Below, piece after piece: positions 61,802-64,000 of a stretch of DNA of 64,000 bases (its first letter is position 1; each line of letters starts with the position of its first letter). Made by a program: the position numbers and the translations under genes. The DNA is from Calditrichaceae bacterium. Its GTDB lineage: Bacteria; Calditrichota; Calditrichia; Calditrichales; JBFXGD01. The notes beneath the pieces were generated by a model. It made no database searches. It was not told the origin of the DNA and saw only the letters and a list, made by a program, of their open reading frames with translations. The stretch is from the NCBI GenBank assembly GCA_050173015.1, contig JBFXLE010000003.1:192001-256000 (forward strand), written 5' to 3'.

Positions 61802-61830
61802 TTGAAACTAAATAATTTAGTTTATATCTT
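61802..61830 (+). promoter_or_regulatory. Sigma70-like promoter overlapped by a perfect 9-1-9 palindrome
   Basis: TTGAAA-N17-TATCTT; AAACTAAAT-A-ATTTAGTTT at 61805-61823. Confidence 0.55.
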
Positions 61831-61902
61831 TAGTCTGAATTTGAAACAAATTTCACTTTAAAAACAATAAAGCGTCTTATAAATAATCGAAAGGGGTATA
61901 TC

Positions 61903-63234
61903 ATGCGTTTGCTAGTATTTCTGGTGGCATTTTTGATGGCCGGGATTGGTCTGAGCCAGACAGCTCAGAGCGAGCAATCAAAATTCGCGGGAAAGTGTAT
62001 GACCTGCCACAAGGAAAAAACACCCGGTCTATACAAACAGTGGTATGAATCGGCCCACGCGCAGCATAATGTCACCTGTATCAGCTGCCATAGCGCCGAG
62101 AAAAGCGACGCGGACGCGTTTATACATGAGGGTGTCCGTATTGCCACATTGGTGACACCAAAAGACTGCGGTCGCTGCCACGCCAAAGAGGCAAAGGAGG
62201 TTCAAAATTCTTATCACGCGACCGCCGGAGAGATTCTGGATTCTAACGACGCGTATCTCGCCCATGTTGCCGGAGGCGCGCCCGTCGCTATTCAGGGATG
62301 CGAAAACTGCCACGGAGGGAAGGTAAAAATTGATCCGGATTCCCCAAACAAGCTATCAAAGAAAAGCTGGCCGAATTCGGGTATAGGAAGAATCAATCCC
62401 GACGGTTCAAAAGGATCCTGTAATGCCTGCCATACACGTCATTCATTTTCAAAAGCGCAGGCTCGTCAGCCGGAAGCCTGTTCAAAATGTCATCTCGGAC
62501 CGGATCATCCTCAGAAAGAAATATATGAAGAATCAAAACACGGAAACGCGTATTATACTAATATACATAAAATGAATCTTGATTCTGACAAATGGGTTGT
62601 CGGAGAAGATTATTACGAAGCCCCTACCTGCGCGACCTGTCACATGGCCGCCTCTCCGGGGATGAAATCCACGCATGATGTGGGTGAACGTCTCAGCTGG
62701 ACCCTGCGGCCGGTTGTCTCTGTCCATAAGGAGAACTGGCAGCAAAAACGCAAGAATATGGGAAAGGTTTGCACAAGCTGTCATGGCAATACTTTTGTGG
62801 ATGGTCATTTTTATCAATACGACGGCGTTGTTAGGCTCTATAATGAAAAATTTGCCATCCCCGCGACTGAAATCATGAATCTGGTGCGTAAGAATAAACT
62901 CCTGGAAAATCCGGCGAGTTTCAGCAACAACATCGAATGGACCTACTGGGAAATCTGGCATCATGAGGGCCGCCGCGCGCGTCACGGAGCTGCCATGATG
63001 GGTCCTGATTATACCTGGTGGCACGGTATGTATGAAGTGGCAAAACATTTCTACTTCAAACTCATTCCCGAGGCCAGAGAGTTCAAGAACAAAGAGGTTG
63101 ATGACTACATTAATAATATGCTTCAAAACGATCCGATGCATAAATGGATGCTCACCAATACCGACGAACTAAAAAAAGGTATCAAATCCGGTAAAATTCA
63201 GGAAGTATATGAAAAATTTTTCGAACAAAAATAG
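61903..63234 (+). CDS. Octaheme hydroxylamine oxidoreductase-family cytochrome c
   Basis: Eight CxxCH motifs; GSCNACHTRHSFS, CHLGPDHPQ.EIYEESKHG, APTCATCHM, HHEGRRAR.GAAMMGPDYTWWHG; signal peptide. Confidence 0.9.
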   Translation: MRLLVFLVAFLMAGIGLSQTAQSEQSKFAGKCMTCHKEKTPGLYKQWYESAHAQHNVTCISCHSAEKSDADAFIHEGVRIATLVTPKDCGRCHAKEAKEVQNSYHATAGEILDSNDAYLAHVAGGAPVAIQGCENCHGGKVKIDPDSPNKLSKKSWPNSGIGRINPDGSKGSCNACHTRHSFSKAQARQPEACSKCHLGPDHPQKEIYEESKHGNAYYTNIHKMNLDSDKWVVGEDYYEAPTCATCHMAASPGMKSTHDVGERLSWTLRPVVSVHKENWQQKRKNMGKVCTSCHGNTFVDGHFYQYDGVVRLYNEKFAIPATEIMNLVRKNKLLENPASFSNNIEWTYWEIWHHEGRRARHGAAMMGPDYTWWHGMYEVAKHFYFKLIPEAREFKNKEVDDYINNMLQNDPMHKWMLTNTDELKKGIKSGKIQEVYEKFFEQK

Positions 63235-63243
63235 AGATTGAAA

Positions 63244-64000
63244 ATGCTAGCTAAATACAACGATTTTATTACAAAACTATCGATAAATATTTATGGTAAG
63301 ACAGGCGTCGTATTAACGACGTCTGCTTTTATTACTTTCATCATTCTTGAGATTGCCCGGTTGGCAGGCGCGCTGACAAACTCGTACATTGGCCTGATCA
63401 CTTATCTCTCACTGCCGACCCTGTTTGTCATCGGACTGATTTTGATTCCCATCGGCTGGTATAAACAGAAGAAAGCAACCGGGAAACGCACCCGCGAACT
63501 ACTGAAGGAACGATTTGATTCAACGGATGTAAAAGAAAGCTTCTTCGGCTCGAAACTATTTTTGAGAATCGTTGTTCTGACTCTTGCCAACGTCCTTTTC
63601 CTCGTTATCGCAAGCAGCCAGATGCTGCACTTTATGGATGAACCGAAATTCTGCGGAACAGCCTGTCACAGTGTGATGAATCCTGAATGGGTTACATATC
63701 AACAGTCACCACATGCCCGGGTTAAATGTGTGGAGTGTCATGTCGGTGAGGGTGTTGATGCTCTGGTGGCCAGTAAACTAAACGGCGCGTATCAGATGAT
63801 TTCCGTAACATTTGATTTACTTGAACGCCCCATTCCCACACCGGTGCATCAGCTGCGTCCGGCGCGCGAGACCTGCGAAAAATGCCACTGGCCGGAGAAA
63901 TTTTACGGTAATAAGCTGAAGACAATCGTTCACTATGAAAGGAACGACATATCCACTCCGCTTTACACGACGCTTAATCTAAAAATCGATGATGGTAAGG
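63244..64000 (+). CDS. ImcH-like NapC/NirT-family membrane multiheme cytochrome c (partial, runs off the window)
   Basis: Own translation, absent from the ORF track: three TM helices, then FCGTACHSVMNPE..SPHARVKCVECH...RPIPTPV..LRPARETCEKCHWPEKF. Confidence 0.88.
   Translation, partial: MLAKYNDFITKLSINIYGKTGVVLTTSAFITFIILEIARLAGALTNSYIGLITYLSLPTLFVIGLILIPIGWYKQKKATGKRTRELLKERFDSTDVKESFFGSKLFLRIVVLTLANVLFLVIASSQMLHFMDEPKFCGTACHSVMNPEWVTYQQSPHARVKCVECHVGEGVDALVASKLNGAYQMISVTFDLLERPIPTPVHQLRPARETCEKCHWPEKFYGNKLKTIVHYERNDISTPLYTTLNLKIDDGK

Noticed and set aside
62533-63141. 202-aa minus-strand ORF
   Set aside because: Antisense shadow of the octaheme cytochrome gene
1-64000. CRISPR arrays, IS elements, prophage or defence genes
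   Set aside because: No regularly spaced direct repeats, or transposase, integrase, phage or nuclease motifs were seen

Overview
Bacterial chromosomal segment, moderately AT-rich, with no CRISPR array, prophage or transposase seen. Gene content (long SprA, tandem PorV-like barrels, FlgD-like/T9SS C-terminal domain, choice-of-anchor-X-like lipoprotein) points to an FCB-group relative such as Calditrichota; this is an inference. In order: (1) a Roadblock/MglB-DUF4388-HAMP-two-component signalling cluster running off the left edge; (2) priA and a ribosomal block rplI-rpsR-rpsF-hppA-pth-rplY-tRNA-Gln, lacking the usual ssb and prs; (3) a T9SS-related run (sprA, glutaminyl-cyclase-like M28, prmA, ppx, lipoprotein, CTD-bearing propeller, two PorV-like genes) divergent from lptFG; (4) envelope genes and a TetR-TolC-HlyD-2xABC-permease operon with no ATPase and two matching operators; (5) an amidase with a dead second domain, a 1622-aa acyl-CoA-ligase/GNAT fusion, and an operon with an ECF-type promoter encoding an Omp85-like barrel with a bactofilin-like N-terminus, a secreted four-repeat protein and a DUF4097 protein; (6) MFS, prc, ogt; (7) a divergent respiratory island with Rieske/cyt b/nonaheme cyt c on one side and an octaheme HAO-family protein plus an ImcH-like NapC/NirT cytochrome (truncated by the window edge) on the other. 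All family calls are by motif recognition only; no searches were run.
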